A stretch of DNA of 64,000 bases from positions 160,001 to 224,000 of the forward strand of contig CAVWFS010000006.1 of assembly GCA_963754315.1 (NCBI GenBank). The letters are read 5' to 3'. This stretch comes from an uncultured Candidatus Rokubacteria bacterium (GTDB lineage Bacteria > Methylomirabilota > Methylomirabilia > Rokubacteriales > CSP1-6). The position numbers and the translations under genes were made by a program. Shown here piece after piece: positions 1 through 10,790 of the stretch; position 1 is the first letter of the stretch; each line of letters begins with the position of its first letter. Under the pieces are notes generated by a model, which made no database searches, was not told where the DNA came from, and was given only the letters and a program-made list of their open reading frames with translations.

Positions 1-682
1 CTCGCATCTCGACGAGACCAAGCCCTCCCTCTTCGAGCGCTTCGACACGGAGACCCGTTACTACATCACCGTTCTCCAAACGACCCTGCTCGAGTTTGCC
101 GAGGCGGACAATGTCGTGCTGATGGGGCGGGGCGGTCAATGGCTGCTCCGAGGCATCCCACACGTGCTACGCGTCCGCATCATCGCCCCCTTCGAGCAGC
201 GGGTACGCCGGTGGATAAAGCGCACGACGGAACTCACCGGCGAGACCCCGAACCAGCGGGCGGTGGTCGATCTCATCCGTCGAGACGACGGCGAGAAGTC
301 CGGGCGCATGCGGTACCTCTACGAGGTCGACCTGGCTGATCCTACGTTGTACGAGGTCGTGGTGAATACCGAGAAGCTGAAGTGCGAGGCGGTGGTGGAG
401 ATGATCGAGCGCGTGGCATCCCGCCCCGAGATGGCCATCACGGACGGGGGGCGGCGAGTCGTGGCGTCACGCGCCCTGGCCTCGCGCGTCCAGGTGGCCC
501 TCGCAACCCACCCCGAGACCCGCCGCTATCGCATCAGCGTGGAGGCCGAGGACGGCGTGGTGGTGCTGGAGGGAACGGCGGCTCTCGAACGGGCCGTCGA
601 AGTGGCACGCGGCGTAACTGGCGTGATGCAGGTGAAGACCCAGCAGGTGGATATTCCCCCCATTCCGCCCTTCGTGGCTTGA
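1..682 (+). CDS. Cytidylate kinase-like family protein with C-terminal BON domain (5' truncated by window edge)
   Basis: GRGGQWLL..LRVRIIAP..R..R motif and 'YLYEVDLADPTLYEVVVNT' are typical of cytidylate kinase-like proteins; C-terminal 'RVQVALATHP..ISVEAEDGVVVLEG..AVEVARGVTGV' is BON-like; frame is open to the left edge. Confidence 0.75.
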   Translation, partial: SHLDETKPSLFERFDTETRYYITVLQTTLLEFAEADNVVLMGRGGQWLLRGIPHVLRVRIIAPFEQRVRRWIKRTTELTGETPNQRAVVDLIRRDDGEKSGRMRYLYEVDLADPTLYEVVVNTEKLKCEAVVEMIERVASRPEMAITDGGRRVVASRALASRVQVALATHPETRRYRISVEAEDGVVVLEGTAALERAVEVARGVTGVMQVKTQQVDIPPIPPFVA

Positions 683-695
683 GGGGGGGTCGCGG

Positions 696-1872
696 TCAGC
701 GGGTGGGGCTGGGGCTGTCGGGAGCCTCGGCGATGGTCAACTCGGCGGAGCGCTTCTGCCGGTCACGGATGATCTCGAGGGGAACCTTCTTGCCGACCTC
801 GGCGTCCGCCGACAGACGCTGGAAGTGGCGATAATCTTCGACGGGCACGCCGCCGAAGGCGACGATGACATCCTGCTTCTGAAGCCCGGCCGCCGCCGCC
901 GGGCTACCGGGCTGGATGCGCGAGACGATGGCGCCGCGCGTATCAGGCAGGCCTAGGGACTCTGCAAGTTCGCGTGTCAACGCCTGTGTCTCGGCTCCGG
1001 TCCAGCCCCGGGTGACCTTGCCGCGGTCCACCAGTTGGGCCGTGACCCGCTTGACCATGCTGGCGGGGATCGCAAAACCGATTCCCTGCCCGGTCGCCAC
1101 GATGGCGGTGTTGATTCCGATGACCTCGCCGCGCAGGTTGACGAGCGGGCCTCCCGAATTGCCGGGGTTGATCGAGGCGTCCGTCTGAATGAAGTTTTCG
1201 TACGTGGCAATACCCACGTCGGCTCGCCCCACGGCGCTGACCACGCCCACCGTGACCGTCTGATCGAGCCCGAACGGATTCCCGATAGCGATGGCCCATT
1301 CGCCCACCCGCGAGCGTATCGGAGTTGCCCAGTTGGGCTACCCGTAGCTCAGTGCGCTCGGGATCGAAGCGGACCACCGCCAGATCGGTCTTGGCGTCGC
1401 TCCCCACGACGCGGCCGCGAAACTCCTCCTTGGAGGAGAGCCGGATGATGACGGCATCGGCGCCCTTCACGACGTGGAAGTTCGTGATGACGTAACCGCG
1501 CTTGTCGATGATGACCCCCGACCCGAGACCCGGTGTGCGAAACTCACCCGGCGCCTCTGGCCCGCGCGGCCCGAAGAACTGGTCAAAGAAGTCCTTGAAG
1601 GACGGATCGTTGGCGAATGGGCCGGCGCCCGCCGGTGGTCGTCGGGGACGGGCAACCTGGACCGTTCCGACGTGGACAACAGCCGGCCGAACCTGTCCCG
1701 CCACCGCCACAATCGCTTCCTGGAGGGCGTCGGCGGTTGACATCGGCGACGGTGCCGTCGGGGCGGGTCTGGCGGTCGCTCCTGTCCACAACGCATGCGC
1801 CCAGAATCCGGCACCGGCACAGGCGATCAGCGCGATGACGAACAGAAGGGATCTCGCGACTCGGGGCGTCAT
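696..1872 (-). CDS. DegQ/HtrA (Do family) serine endoprotease with one PDZ domain; frameshift near 1311
   Basis: ORFs 943..1872 and 696..1307 join into one protein: N-terminal TM/signal, [14 protein letters not shown] (His), DAKTDLAVV (Asp), [16 protein letters not shown] (Ser), then a PDZ domain. Confidence 0.9.
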
Positions 1873-1880
1873 GGAGGCCC

Positions 1881-1910
1881 AGCATAGGAACGGCGGGAGC
1901 CAGGTGTCAA
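1881..1910 (-). promoter_or_regulatory. Sigma70-type promoter for the degQ-like gene, probably leaderless
   Basis: Minus strand TTGACA (1910-1905), 18 nt, TATGCT (1886-1881), then 8 nt to ATG 1872; no SD. Confidence 0.6.
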
Positions 1911-1953
1911 ATCCTCATCACCCGGTAGAATAGACGCGAGGGAGTCAGTGACG

Positions 1954-2524
1954 ATGCCCACTCGACGAGGCTCGACGGTGACGGCGAGGGCGCGGAAGAT
2001 CCGCCTCCTGGTCATGGACGTCGACGGTGTCCTCACCGACGGCCGCATGGCGCTCAGCGAGCATGGCGACGAGCTGAAATCCTTTTCCTCGCGCGACGGG
2101 ATCGCGGTGTCCCTTGCCCGCCGGGCCGGCATCACGACGGCCTTCGTGACCGGCGAAACCAGCACCATCGGCAAGGTGCGCGGCAGCCGTCTGGGCATCG
2201 ACCATGTGCTCCTCGGGGCACGCCGCAAGGGTGAGAGCGTCGATCAGTTGATGCGAGAGCACGGACTGGCTCCTGAAGCTGTCGCCTACGTTGGTGACGA
2301 TCTGCTGGACATTCCGGCTTTGCAACGGTGCGGCCTGGCTGTGGCGGTCGCTGACGCCGCGCCCGAGGTCAGAACAGTGGCCCACTTCGTGACCCGAGCG
2401 CGGGGAGGGCAGGGTGTTGTGCGCGAACTTGTGGAGTTGATTCTGCGAGCGCAGGGCGTGTGGACGATCGACCGTCGACAAGTATCTGGAAGACCATGGC
2501 GGCCGCCCCTTGTCGGAGTCATGA
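1954..2524 (+). CDS. kdsC: 3-deoxy-D-manno-octulosonate 8-phosphate phosphatase (HAD); probable frameshift near 2468
   Basis: IRLLVMDVDGVLTDG, AYVGDDLLD, GGQGVVRELVELILRAQG; an alternative frame continues TVDKYLEDHGGRPLSES* and ends at TGA 2522-2524, overlapping the next ATG (ATGA). Confidence 0.85.
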
Positions 2525-3072
2525 ACCGGGTGCGCTCTCGCCTGGCACGCCTGTGGACGGGTGGCCGCTTTCGCGATGCCCTCCACCTGAACGATCCGAC
2601 CTGGCGCCTGGCCCTCTCGTTGGCGGTCGGCGTGTTCATCAGCTTCACGCCGTTCTACGGGCTGCAGACCGTGCTGGCAATCGTGGTCGCCGTGGTCTGC
2701 CGGCTCAATCGAGCGGCGACCGTGGCCGGGACGTGGCTGAACCTACCCTGGTTCGCCCCGCTGATCTATGCGGGAGCGCTGAGGTTCGGCACCCTCATTC
2801 TGCCCGATCCCTCCGGGGAGAGAGGAATGTGGCTGACCCAGCTGCTAACGCGGCCGGGGAGCTTTGAATGGCGCGATCTGCCAATCCTGCTCGATCATGT
2901 CTCGCTTCCCCTGCTGGTCGGCACCAGCGTGCTCGGCGGCGTCGCCAGCCTGGTAACGTATGTCGTTTCGTTCCACCTCATCGCGCGGCGACGAGAGTCG
3001 TTCTATTGGGGGGCCTCGAAAGGGCCTCCCAATGGAAAGGGTTCTGTGAAGGGAAGGGAGCCATTCAAATGA
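2521..3072 (+). CDS. DUF2062-like membrane protein
   Basis: 'DPTWRLALSLAVGVFISFTPFYGLQT..RLNRAATVAGTWLNLPWFAPLIY' pattern with several hydrophobic helices; ATG at 2521. Confidence 0.75.
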   Translation: MNRVRSRLARLWTGGRFRDALHLNDPTWRLALSLAVGVFISFTPFYGLQTVLAIVVAVVCRLNRAATVAGTWLNLPWFAPLIYAGALRFGTLILPDPSGERGMWLTQLLTRPGSFEWRDLPILLDHVSLPLLVGTSVLGGVASLVTYVVSFHLIARRRESFYWGASKGPPNGKGSVKGREPFK

Positions 3073-3935
3073 TGGTTCGCAAGGGGGTGTTTCCTGCGGC
3101 TGGACTGGGTACCCGATTTCTGCCCGCCACCAAAGCTCAGCCGAAGGAGATGCTGCCTATCGTCGACAAGCCGACGATCCAGTACGTCGTCGAGGAAGCG
3201 GTGGCCTCCGGCCTCTCCGAGATCATCATCGTGACGGGGCGCAACAAGCGCGCCATCGAAGACCATTTCGACGCCGCGTTTGAGCTGGAGTACTACCTGG
3301 CCGACCGGGGCAAGCTCGAGGAGCTCGCTCAGATCAGGACCATCTCCGAGCTGGCTTCCGTGTGCTATGTACGCCAGAAAGAACCCTTGGGTCTCGGGCA
3401 CGCGATTCTGTGCGCCCGAGCGCTGGTGGGCGAAGAGCCGTTCGCGGTCTTCCTCGGCGACGACATCATCGGCCGGGCACGTACTCCCTGCATGCGCCAA
3501 CTCCTCGACGTCTTTGCGAGTTACGGTGGACCCGTCGTCGCCGTGGAACAGGTGCCCCGGGAGAGGATCCATCAGTACGGCGTGATCGCCGGCCGGCATC
3601 TCGGCCAGAACGTGTACGAGATCACGGATCTGGTGGAGAAGCCGAACGCCCAGGAGGCGCCGTCGGACCTGGCCATCATCGGCCGCTATGTCCTCACCCC
3701 CGAGATTTTTGGGATTCTGGCGGACACGGCCGCCGATGCCCGCGGGGAAATTCAGCTCACCGATGGGCTCAGGACGTTGCGGACCCGCCGCCCGATGTAT
3801 GCAGTGCAGTTCGACGGGCGCCGCTACGACACCGGGGACAAGCTTGGGTTCCTGAAGGCCACTGTGGAGTTTGCCCTCGATCGGGCAGACCTGGCCGAAG
3901 AGTTTCGCCGCTATCTCAAGTCGCTCGATCTATGA
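3069..3935 (+). CDS. galU: UTP--glucose-1-phosphate uridylyltransferase
   Basis: KGVFPAAGLGTRFLPATKAQPKEMLPIVDKP, VRQKEPLGLGHA, VEKP, GEIQLTD. Confidence 0.95.
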   Translation: MMVRKGVFPAAGLGTRFLPATKAQPKEMLPIVDKPTIQYVVEEAVASGLSEIIIVTGRNKRAIEDHFDAAFELEYYLADRGKLEELAQIRTISELASVCYVRQKEPLGLGHAILCARALVGEEPFAVFLGDDIIGRARTPCMRQLLDVFASYGGPVVAVEQVPRERIHQYGVIAGRHLGQNVYEITDLVEKPNAQEAPSDLAIIGRYVLTPEIFGILADTAADARGEIQLTDGLRTLRTRRPMYAVQFDGRRYDTGDKLGFLKATVEFALDRADLAEEFRRYLKSLDL

Positions 3936-4020
3936 GCCCGGGGATGGCGGCGCGTTGACTTGATTCGGGGGTTCTGCCACACTTTCGGCACTTTTGGGCC
4001 GGAACAATGGCCCGTCGATC

Positions 4021-5229
4021 ATGGCCAAGACTCCACGACGACCGTTTCACACCGCCTCCGACGCCGACATCAGGCGGGGCCTGGTGTCAGACGTCTATTT
4101 CGCGCGTACTGTCCAGATCCTCGAGGCGCGCGCCGACCGCAAGCGGGTGAAGGCCGAGGTGTACGTCAAGAGTTTGCCCGAAGACTGGGGCTGGGGAGTG
4201 CTGGCAGGTATCGAGGAGGTCGCCGGGCTGTTGGAGGGGCTCCCAATAAGCGCCTGGTCGATGGACGAGGGGACTGTTTTCGCGCCCTACCAGCCGGTGC
4301 TCGTGGTGGAGGGGACGTACGTGGAATGGGCACAGTACGAGACAGCCCTGCTGGGTCTCCTGTGCCAGGCGTCGGGTGTGGCCACCAAGGCGGCACGCTG
4401 CAAGAAGGCAGCCGGCGAGCGTCAGGTCATCTCGTTCGGGGCGCGCCGCATGCACCCGGCGCTGGCGCCCATGATCGAGCGCAACGCTTTCATCGGAGGC
4501 TGCGACGGCGTGGCCGTCACCAAGTCGGCCGAGCTGATCGACGCCGACCCCATGGGGACGATTCCCCACTCCCTCGTGCTCATGATCGGCGATACCGTGG
4601 AGGCTTTGGCGGCATTTCACGAGGTGGTCGATCCCAAGGTGCGTCGGGTCGCACTCATCGACACCTTGCTGGACGAGAAGTTCGAGGCCATCCGTGTGGC
4701 CCAGGCGCTCGGCAAGGACCTGTATGCCGTCCGCCTGGACACCCCCTCCTCGCGGCGAGGTGACTTCTATCGCATCCTGGAGGAGGTGCGCTGGGAGCTG
4801 GACCTGCGCGGGTTCCAGCACGTCAAGCTGGTGGCCTCGGGCGGCATTGACGAATACGAGATCCTGCGCCTGAATCCGCTGGTGGATTCCTACGGGGTCG
4901 GCACGTCGCTGGCCAGTGCTCCCGTGCTCAACTTCGCGCTGGATATCATGGAGATCGAGGGAAGCCCCGTGGCCAAGCGCGGAAAGTGGTCGGGGGCCAA
5001 AGCCCTCTATCGTCGTCGGGGAGCGCTGGACACGGTCGTGCTACCGGCGGCTCAAAGCGCACCCGCCGCGAATGGCCCCTGGGACCGGCTCCTGAAACCG
5101 CTCGTGGAGGATGGCCGTATCGTGCGGGATCTGCCGCCACCGCGGACGATTCGTGAGTTCGTGCTGGACCAGCTCGCGCTGGTGTCGTTCGACAGCCTGC
5201 GCCGACACGGCCTGAGGTCGGATTTCTGA
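4021..5229 (+). CDS. pncB: Nicotinate phosphoribosyltransferase (short, archaeal-like type)
   Basis: SDVYF, SFGARRMHP, GTIPHS, LIDT, VRLDTPSSRRG, ASGGIDE, YGVGT, KRGKWSG. Confidence 0.85.
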   Translation: MAKTPRRPFHTASDADIRRGLVSDVYFARTVQILEARADRKRVKAEVYVKSLPEDWGWGVLAGIEEVAGLLEGLPISAWSMDEGTVFAPYQPVLVVEGTYVEWAQYETALLGLLCQASGVATKAARCKKAAGERQVISFGARRMHPALAPMIERNAFIGGCDGVAVTKSAELIDADPMGTIPHSLVLMIGDTVEALAAFHEVVDPKVRRVALIDTLLDEKFEAIRVAQALGKDLYAVRLDTPSSRRGDFYRILEEVRWELDLRGFQHVKLVASGGIDEYEILRLNPLVDSYGVGTSLASAPVLNFALDIMEIEGSPVAKRGKWSGAKALYRRRGALDTVVLPAAQSAPAANGPWDRLLKPLVEDGRIVRDLPPPRTIREFVLDQLALVSFDSLRRHGLRSDF

Positions 5230-6011
5230 CGAGCATTCTTGATTCGATCGTCGCCGACAAGCGGGTGGAGATCGAGCGCCACCGCACGCAGACGCCACGG
5301 GCTGCCCTCGAGCGCCGCTGCCGCGAGCTTGGCGCGACGCGTGACTTCGAGGCGGCTCTGACGCCGGCACCGGGCGAGGTCCGCCTCATCGCCGAGGTCA
5401 AGAAGGCCTCGCCCTCGCGCGGTGTACTCGCCGAGGTCTGGGACCCGGTCAGCCTGGCCTCGACGTACGCCCGTCATGGCGCGGCCGCCATCTCGGTGCT
5501 CACCGACGAGAAGTACTTTCAGGGGAGCCTCGACCTGCTGGCGGCGATCCGCGCAGCAGTGTCGGTGCCCCTGCTGCGCAAAGACTTCATGCTCGATGAG
5601 TACCAGCTGTGGGAGTCGCGCGCGGTCGGTGCCGATGCCATCCTTCTCATCGTGGCTATTCTCGACACACCGCACCTGTCCGATCTCCTTGCAGGCGCCA
5701 AGGAAATTGGCTTGGCCGCCCTCGTCGAAGCCCATACCCCCGCCGAGGTGGAGACGGCCCTCTCGGTGGGGGCGCGCATCATCGGCCTCAACAACCGCGA
5801 TCTCCGGACGTTCCAGACGCGCATCGAGACGACGCTGTCGCTGCTGCCCCTGATCCCCAGCGGGCCCATTGTGGTGAGCGAGAGCGGCTTTGCCCACGCG
5901 GCCGACGTGCGGCGCGTCGTGGCGGCGGGCATCCACGCCGTGTTGGTCGGTGAGGGGCTCGTGACCGCACCGGACGTGGGCGCCAAGGTCCGGGAGTTGG
6001 CATTGACGTGA
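5226..6011 (+). CDS. trpC: Indole-3-glycerol phosphate synthase; start probably CTG at 5226
   Basis: LIAEVKKASPSRG, ISVLTDEKYFQGS, LLRKDF, GLNNRDL, VSESG; N-terminal 'SILDSIVADKR' lies upstream of the first canonical start. Confidence 0.95.
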   Translation: MTSILDSIVADKRVEIERHRTQTPRAALERRCRELGATRDFEAALTPAPGEVRLIAEVKKASPSRGVLAEVWDPVSLASTYARHGAAAISVLTDEKYFQGSLDLLAAIRAAVSVPLLRKDFMLDEYQLWESRAVGADAILLIVAILDTPHLSDLLAGAKEIGLAALVEAHTPAEVETALSVGARIIGLNNRDLRTFQTRIETTLSLLPLIPSGPIVVSESGFAHAADVRRVVAAGIHAVLVGEGLVTAPDVGAKVRELALT

Positions 6012-6652
6012 AGACGACCCGAGTCAAGATCTGTGGCATTACCAACCTGGCGGACGCCATGGCCTGCGTGGAGGCGGGGGCCGATGCTCTCGGGTTCATC
6101 TTCGTGGAGAATACGCCGCGCTTTGTGACGGCGGAGGTGGTGCGGCCAATCGTCCGTGCCCTTCCGCCTTTCGTCACCCCGGTCGGTGTCTTCTGGGATC
6201 ACCCGGCTGGTCACGTGAAGGCGGTGGCCGAGGCGTGCGGCCTGCGTGCCCTGCAATTCCACGGCGACGAACCCCCGGAGGATCTCGCGGAGTATACGAT
6301 TCCCGTCATCAAGACCATCAAGCTATCCGGGATCGCCGACGACGAGGTGGAGCTACGGCGGCGAGCCGATGAGTACTTCCGGCATGGGGTCGTGGCCATT
6401 CTCGTCGACAGCGCGGCGAGGTGGAGCGAAGGGGAGCCACGCCGCCCGGTCGAGTGGCAGCGGGCCGGCCAACTTGCGGAAGCGGGACGCGTTATCCTCT
6501 CCGCGGGGCTGACTCCTGCCAATGTGGCGCGGGCAGTGAGCATCGCGCGGCCCTACGCGGTCGACGTGAACTCGGGGGTGGAGGCCGTACCGGGGCGGAA
6601 GGATCCCGCCAAGGTGCGGCGCTTCGTGACCGAGGCCCAGCAGGCCGGCTGA
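6008..6652 (+). CDS. trpF: Phosphoribosylanthranilate isomerase
   Basis: [45 protein letters not shown]. Confidence 0.95.
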   Translation: MKTTRVKICGITNLADAMACVEAGADALGFIFVENTPRFVTAEVVRPIVRALPPFVTPVGVFWDHPAGHVKAVAEACGLRALQFHGDEPPEDLAEYTIPVIKTIKLSGIADDEVELRRRADEYFRHGVVAILVDSAARWSEGEPRRPVEWQRAGQLAEAGRVILSAGLTPANVARAVSIARPYAVDVNSGVEAVPGRKDPAKVRRFVTEAQQAG

Positions 6653-7848
6653 TGGCCAAGCTGCCGGATCGTCGTGGGCACTTCGGGGTCTACGGAGGAC
6701 GCTTCGTCCCTGAGACGCTGATGGAGCCGCTCATCGAGCTGGAGCGCGCCTACCGGGCAGCCCGACGGGACCGTGGCTTCCACGCTCGCTTGCGCGACCT
6801 CCTGCGCCACTATGCGGGTCGGCCCACGCCACTCTACTTCGCGGCTCGGCTGTCCGAACAGTACGGTGGTGCCCGTATCTTCCTCAAGCGCGAGGATCTC
6901 TGTCACACAGGCGCCCACAAGATCAACAACGTCCTCGGCCAGGCACTGCTTGCCGTCCGCATGAAGAAAGAGCGGCTGGTGGCCGAGACGGGCGCCGGCC
7001 AGCATGGCGTCGCCACCGCCACCGCGGCCGCGCTGTTCGGCCTCTCGTGCGAGGTCTACATGGGAAGCGAGGACGTCGAGCGCCAGGCCCTGAACGTCTT
7101 TCGGATGCGTCTGCTCGGCGGTCGGGTCATCCCGGTGGAGGCGGGGAGCCGTACGTTGAAGGATGCGATCAATGAAGCGCTCCGCGACTGGGTGACCAAC
7201 GTGCGTACCACGTACTACCTGCTCGGTTCGGCCCTGGGGCCGCATCCATATCCGATGATGGTGCGCGACTTCCACACGGTGATCGGCCGCGAGGCGCGGG
7301 AGCAGGCACGGCGCCAGATCGGGCGTCTGCCGGATGTGATCGTGGCCTGCGTCGGCGGTGGCTCCAACGCCATCGGCCTCTTCCATCCGTTCATTGGCGA
7401 TCGGAGTGTGCGGATCGTCGGAGTGGAGCCGGGCGGCCATGGAATCTCCACGGGACGACACGGGGCGACGTTGACCGCGGGCCGCGTGGGCGTGCTGCAC
7501 GGGACCATGAGCTACTTCCTCCAGAACGACGACGGCCAGATCGCCACCGCCCACTCCATCTCGGCCGGCCTCGACTATCCCGGCGTCGGTCCCGAGCACG
7601 CCTACTACAAGGACACCGGACGCTTCGAGTTCGTGTCCATCACCGACGAGGAAGCCATGGAGGGCTTCCAGGCGCTTACCCGGCTGGAGGGCATCATGCC
7701 GGCCCTGGAGTCCGCCCATGCCGTGGCGCACGCCGTGCGGCTGGCCAAGGCGCTGTCGCCCTCGCAGACCATCGTGGTAGGACTTTCCGGGCGAGGCGAC
7801 AAGGACGTCAGCGTGGTCGCCAAGGCGCTCGGCACGGAGCTACCGTGA
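6652..7848 (+). CDS. trpB: Tryptophan synthase beta chain
   Basis: [59 protein letters not shown]. Confidence 0.97.
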   Translation: MAKLPDRRGHFGVYGGRFVPETLMEPLIELERAYRAARRDRGFHARLRDLLRHYAGRPTPLYFAARLSEQYGGARIFLKREDLCHTGAHKINNVLGQALLAVRMKKERLVAETGAGQHGVATATAAALFGLSCEVYMGSEDVERQALNVFRMRLLGGRVIPVEAGSRTLKDAINEALRDWVTNVRTTYYLLGSALGPHPYPMMVRDFHTVIGREAREQARRQIGRLPDVIVACVGGGSNAIGLFHPFIGDRSVRIVGVEPGGHGISTGRHGATLTAGRVGVLHGTMSYFLQNDDGQIATAHSISAGLDYPGVGPEHAYYKDTGRFEFVSITDEEAMEGFQALTRLEGIMPALESAHAVAHAVRLAKALSPSQTIVVGLSGRGDKDVSVVAKALGTELP

Positions 7849-8642
7849 GCCGGTTGGACGCCACCTTCGACCGGCTGCGCGCGTCTGGCGAGCGGGGCCT
7901 CGTCGCCTACTTCACCGCCGGCGATCCATCTCTGGCCGCCACCCGCCTGCTGGTTCGGGAGGCCGAGCGCCGGGGGGCCGACGTCATCGAGCTGGGCGTG
8001 CCGTTCTCGGATCCGCTCGCCGACGGGCCCGTCATTCAGCGGGCCGCCATGCGCGCCCTACAAGGGGGGACCTCGTTGCCCCGCGTCCTCGAGCTGGTTG
8101 CCGATGTGCGAACGGACGTGACGGTGCCCCTCGTGCTGTTGACCTACTACAATCCCCTCGTGGCCTTCGGGCTCGATGCCTTCGCCCAAGCCGCGGCACG
8201 GGCCGGTGTCGACGGTGTCATTGTGGCCGATTTGCCCGCCGAGGAGGCGGGGCCCCTGGCTGCGGAATGCGAGACGTCCGGGCTCGACCTGGTGCAGCTC
8301 GTTGCGCCCACCTCGACCGCGCAGCGCCTGCGGCGCATCGCGCGGCAGAGCCGCGGCTTCATCTATCTCGTGTCGCTCACCGGAGTGACCGGAGCCAGGC
8401 AGGAGCTGCCGCCCGAGCTGGCCGCCCAGGTACGCGCCCTGCGGCGGGTCACTCGCAAGCCGGTGTGCGTCGGCTTCGGCATCGGGACCCCTGAGCAAGC
8501 GGCGACGGTGGGAGCCCTCGCCGATGGGGTGGTCGTGGGATCGGCGATCGTTCGCTGCGTGGAGACGCACGCCTCGTCTCCCCAATTCGTGAGCGAGGTC
8601 GGCGATTTCATCGCCGCCCTCAAAGCTCCCCTGCGAAACTGA
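7845..8642 (+). CDS. trpA: Tryptophan synthase alpha chain
   Basis: [44 protein letters not shown]. Confidence 0.97.
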   Translation: MSRLDATFDRLRASGERGLVAYFTAGDPSLAATRLLVREAERRGADVIELGVPFSDPLADGPVIQRAAMRALQGGTSLPRVLELVADVRTDVTVPLVLLTYYNPLVAFGLDAFAQAAARAGVDGVIVADLPAEEAGPLAAECETSGLDLVQLVAPTSTAQRLRRIARQSRGFIYLVSLTGVTGARQELPPELAAQVRALRRVTRKPVCVGFGIGTPEQAATVGALADGVVVGSAIVRCVETHASSPQFVSEVGDFIAALKAPLRN

Positions 8643-8645
8643 CCC

Positions 8646-9500
8646 ATGGCCTGGTTTCGGCGAACAGCTGCCAACGGGGACGGCCCGAAGCGCAAGGTCG
8701 TCATCGCCGAGGGGCTCTGGATCAAGTGCGACTCGTGCAAGGAGATCGTCTACCGCGCCGAGATCGAGCGGGCCGGAAAGGTGTGCCCGAAGTGTCGCTA
8801 CGCGTTCCGCATTTCCGCGCGCGAGCGAATCGCGCAGCTCGTCGATCCCGGCTCCTTCGAGGAGCGCGAGAGTGATGTGTTGCCCGTCGACCCCCTTGGC
8901 TTCAAGGATACGAAGCGGTACCGCGATCGGATCAAGGGGGCGCGAGACAAGACGGGGACCAGCGAGGCCGTCGTGTGCGGTGTGGCCCGAATCGGCGGGC
9001 TGGCCAGCGTCCTCTGCGTGTTCGAATTCGGCTTCATGGGGGGCAGCATGGGCTCGGTCGTGGGCGAGCGGTTGACGCGCTCGATCGAGCTCGCCATCGC
9101 CAAGACCCTCCCGGTGATCATTGTGGCCGCGTCCGGCGGCGCGCGCATGCAGGAGGGTATTCTTTCCCTCATGCAGATGGCCAAGACCTCGGCTGCCCTC
9201 GCGCGGCTGAGTGAGGCGGGCCTTCCCTTCCTCTCCGTGTTGACCGATCCGACCACCGGAGGCGTCACGGCCAGCGTCGCCATGCTCGGCGACGTCATCC
9301 TGACCGAGCCCCGAGCGCTCATCGGCTTCGCCGGACCCCGGGTGATCGCCGAGACCATCCGCCAACCGTTACCCGAGGGATTCCAGCGCTCGGAATTCCT
9401 CCTCGAGCACGGGCAGGTCGATCTCATCGTGGAGCGGCGCGACCTGCGGGATGTCCTGCGCCGACTCCTCACCTTTTTCGCCGAATCGACCGTCGGCTCC
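8646..9500 (+). CDS. accD: Acetyl-CoA carboxylase carboxyltransferase beta subunit; as assembled it reads in frame into folC
   Basis: GLWIKCDSC..CPKC zinc finger, FMGGSMGSVVGE, SGGARMQEG, DPTTGGVTAS, GFAGPRVI, FQRSEFLLEHG. Confidence 0.92.
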
Positions 9501-10790
9501 GTGACGTACACGGACGCGGTGAGCCGCGTCCTCGCCCTGCGCGGTGGCGAGCATGCGGGGATGCAGCCGGGGCTGGAACGCATCCATGCCCTGCTGGACG
9601 CCATCGGCCACCCCGAGCTCCGGTACCGCCTCGTGCAGGTCGGCGGCACCAACGGCAAGGGCTCGGTGTCGGTTATGCTGGCCGCGATGCTCAAGGCCGC
9701 TGGCTGGCGGACGGGACTCTACACGTCTCCGCATCTCGTCTCGTTTCGAGAGCGGATCAGGGTCAACGGGGCTCCGATCTCCGAGGACTGCGTGGCCGAT
9801 GGCGTGGAGGCTTTGGCCACCCTGGCGGCACGCCTCGACGTGAGCATGTTCGAGGCGACCACGGCGCTGGCCTTCGACCACTTCGCGCGGGAGGATGTCG
9901 ACGTGGCCGTGCTCGAGGTAGGCCTCGGTGGCCGGCTGGACGCCACCACGGTCGGGACCCCGATCGTGACGGTTCTCACCCGGGTCGACCTCGATCATCA
10001 AGCTGTCCTCGGTCCTACTCTCACCGACATTGCCCGTGAGAAGGTCGCCATCCTGCGCGGTGGCCTGGCCCTCTCGGCTGCTCAGGCGCCGGCGGTGGCT
10101 CAGGTGGTGGACGACCACACGGTGAGGGTAGGGACACCGTTGCTCGTCGCGGGACGCGATCTTCGCGTCACGGCCCGTCACTCGGGTCTCGACGGGCAGC
10201 GAATCTCATGCGAAGGGCCCGGCTGGGCGCTGGGCGACCTCGATCTCGGTCTGCTCGGGACGTTTCAGCCCGAGAACGCCCTGCTGGCGGTGGCGGCCGC
10301 CCGCCACCTTGATCTGCCGGAGCCCACGATACGCGCCGGGCTGGCACGGGTGCAGTGGCCGGGGCGCTTTCAGGTGATCGGCGCAGGACCCTGGCTGGTC
10401 CTCGACGGCGCCCACAATGTGGCCGGTGCCCGCGCATTGGCCACGTCGCTCAAGAGCTACTTCGGCGGCGAGAGCACCACGCTCATCGTGGGCCTCTCGG
10501 CGGACAAGGATGTGGCCGGAATCCTGGGTGAGCTGGCGCCCCTGGCCGATCGCGTCATCGCGACCGCCGCCTCGAATCCGCGCGCGGCGACCCCGGCCGC
10601 GCTGGTGGCTCAACTGCCCGCCGACCGGCCGCACGGGGACATCGCCCCTTCGGTGGTGTCGGCGCTGGCCCTGGCTGCGCAGCGCCCCACCGCCGTCACG
10701 GTCGTGGCGGGCTCGCTGTATCTGGTCGCCGACGCTTTGCAGCACCTCTTCGGCGACATGCCGTGTCCGGTCGAACGGGCCGTCTCGTGA
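9501..10790 (+). CDS. folC: Folylpolyglutamate synthase/dihydrofolate synthase
   Basis: GGTNGKGS, YTSPHLVSFRERI, LEVGLGGRLDAT, WPGRFQ, LDGAHN, GSLYLVA; GTG at 9501. Confidence 0.92.
   Translation: MTYTDAVSRVLALRGGEHAGMQPGLERIHALLDAIGHPELRYRLVQVGGTNGKGSVSVMLAAMLKAAGWRTGLYTSPHLVSFRERIRVNGAPISEDCVADGVEALATLAARLDVSMFEATTALAFDHFAREDVDVAVLEVGLGGRLDATTVGTPIVTVLTRVDLDHQAVLGPTLTDIAREKVAILRGGLALSAAQAPAVAQVVDDHTVRVGTPLLVAGRDLRVTARHSGLDGQRISCEGPGWALGDLDLGLLGTFQPENALLAVAAARHLDLPEPTIRAGLARVQWPGRFQVIGAGPWLVLDGAHNVAGARALATSLKSYFGGESTTLIVGLSADKDVAGILGELAPLADRVIATAASNPRAATPAALVAQLPADRPHGDIAPSVVSALALAAQRPTAVTVVAGSLYLVADALQHLFGDMPCPVERAVS

Noticed and set aside
1948..3072. KdsC-DUF2062 fusion protein
   Set aside because: An alternative frame gives a natural KdsC tail (TVDKYLEDHGG..) ending in an ATGA overlap at 2521-2524; one indel explains the fusion
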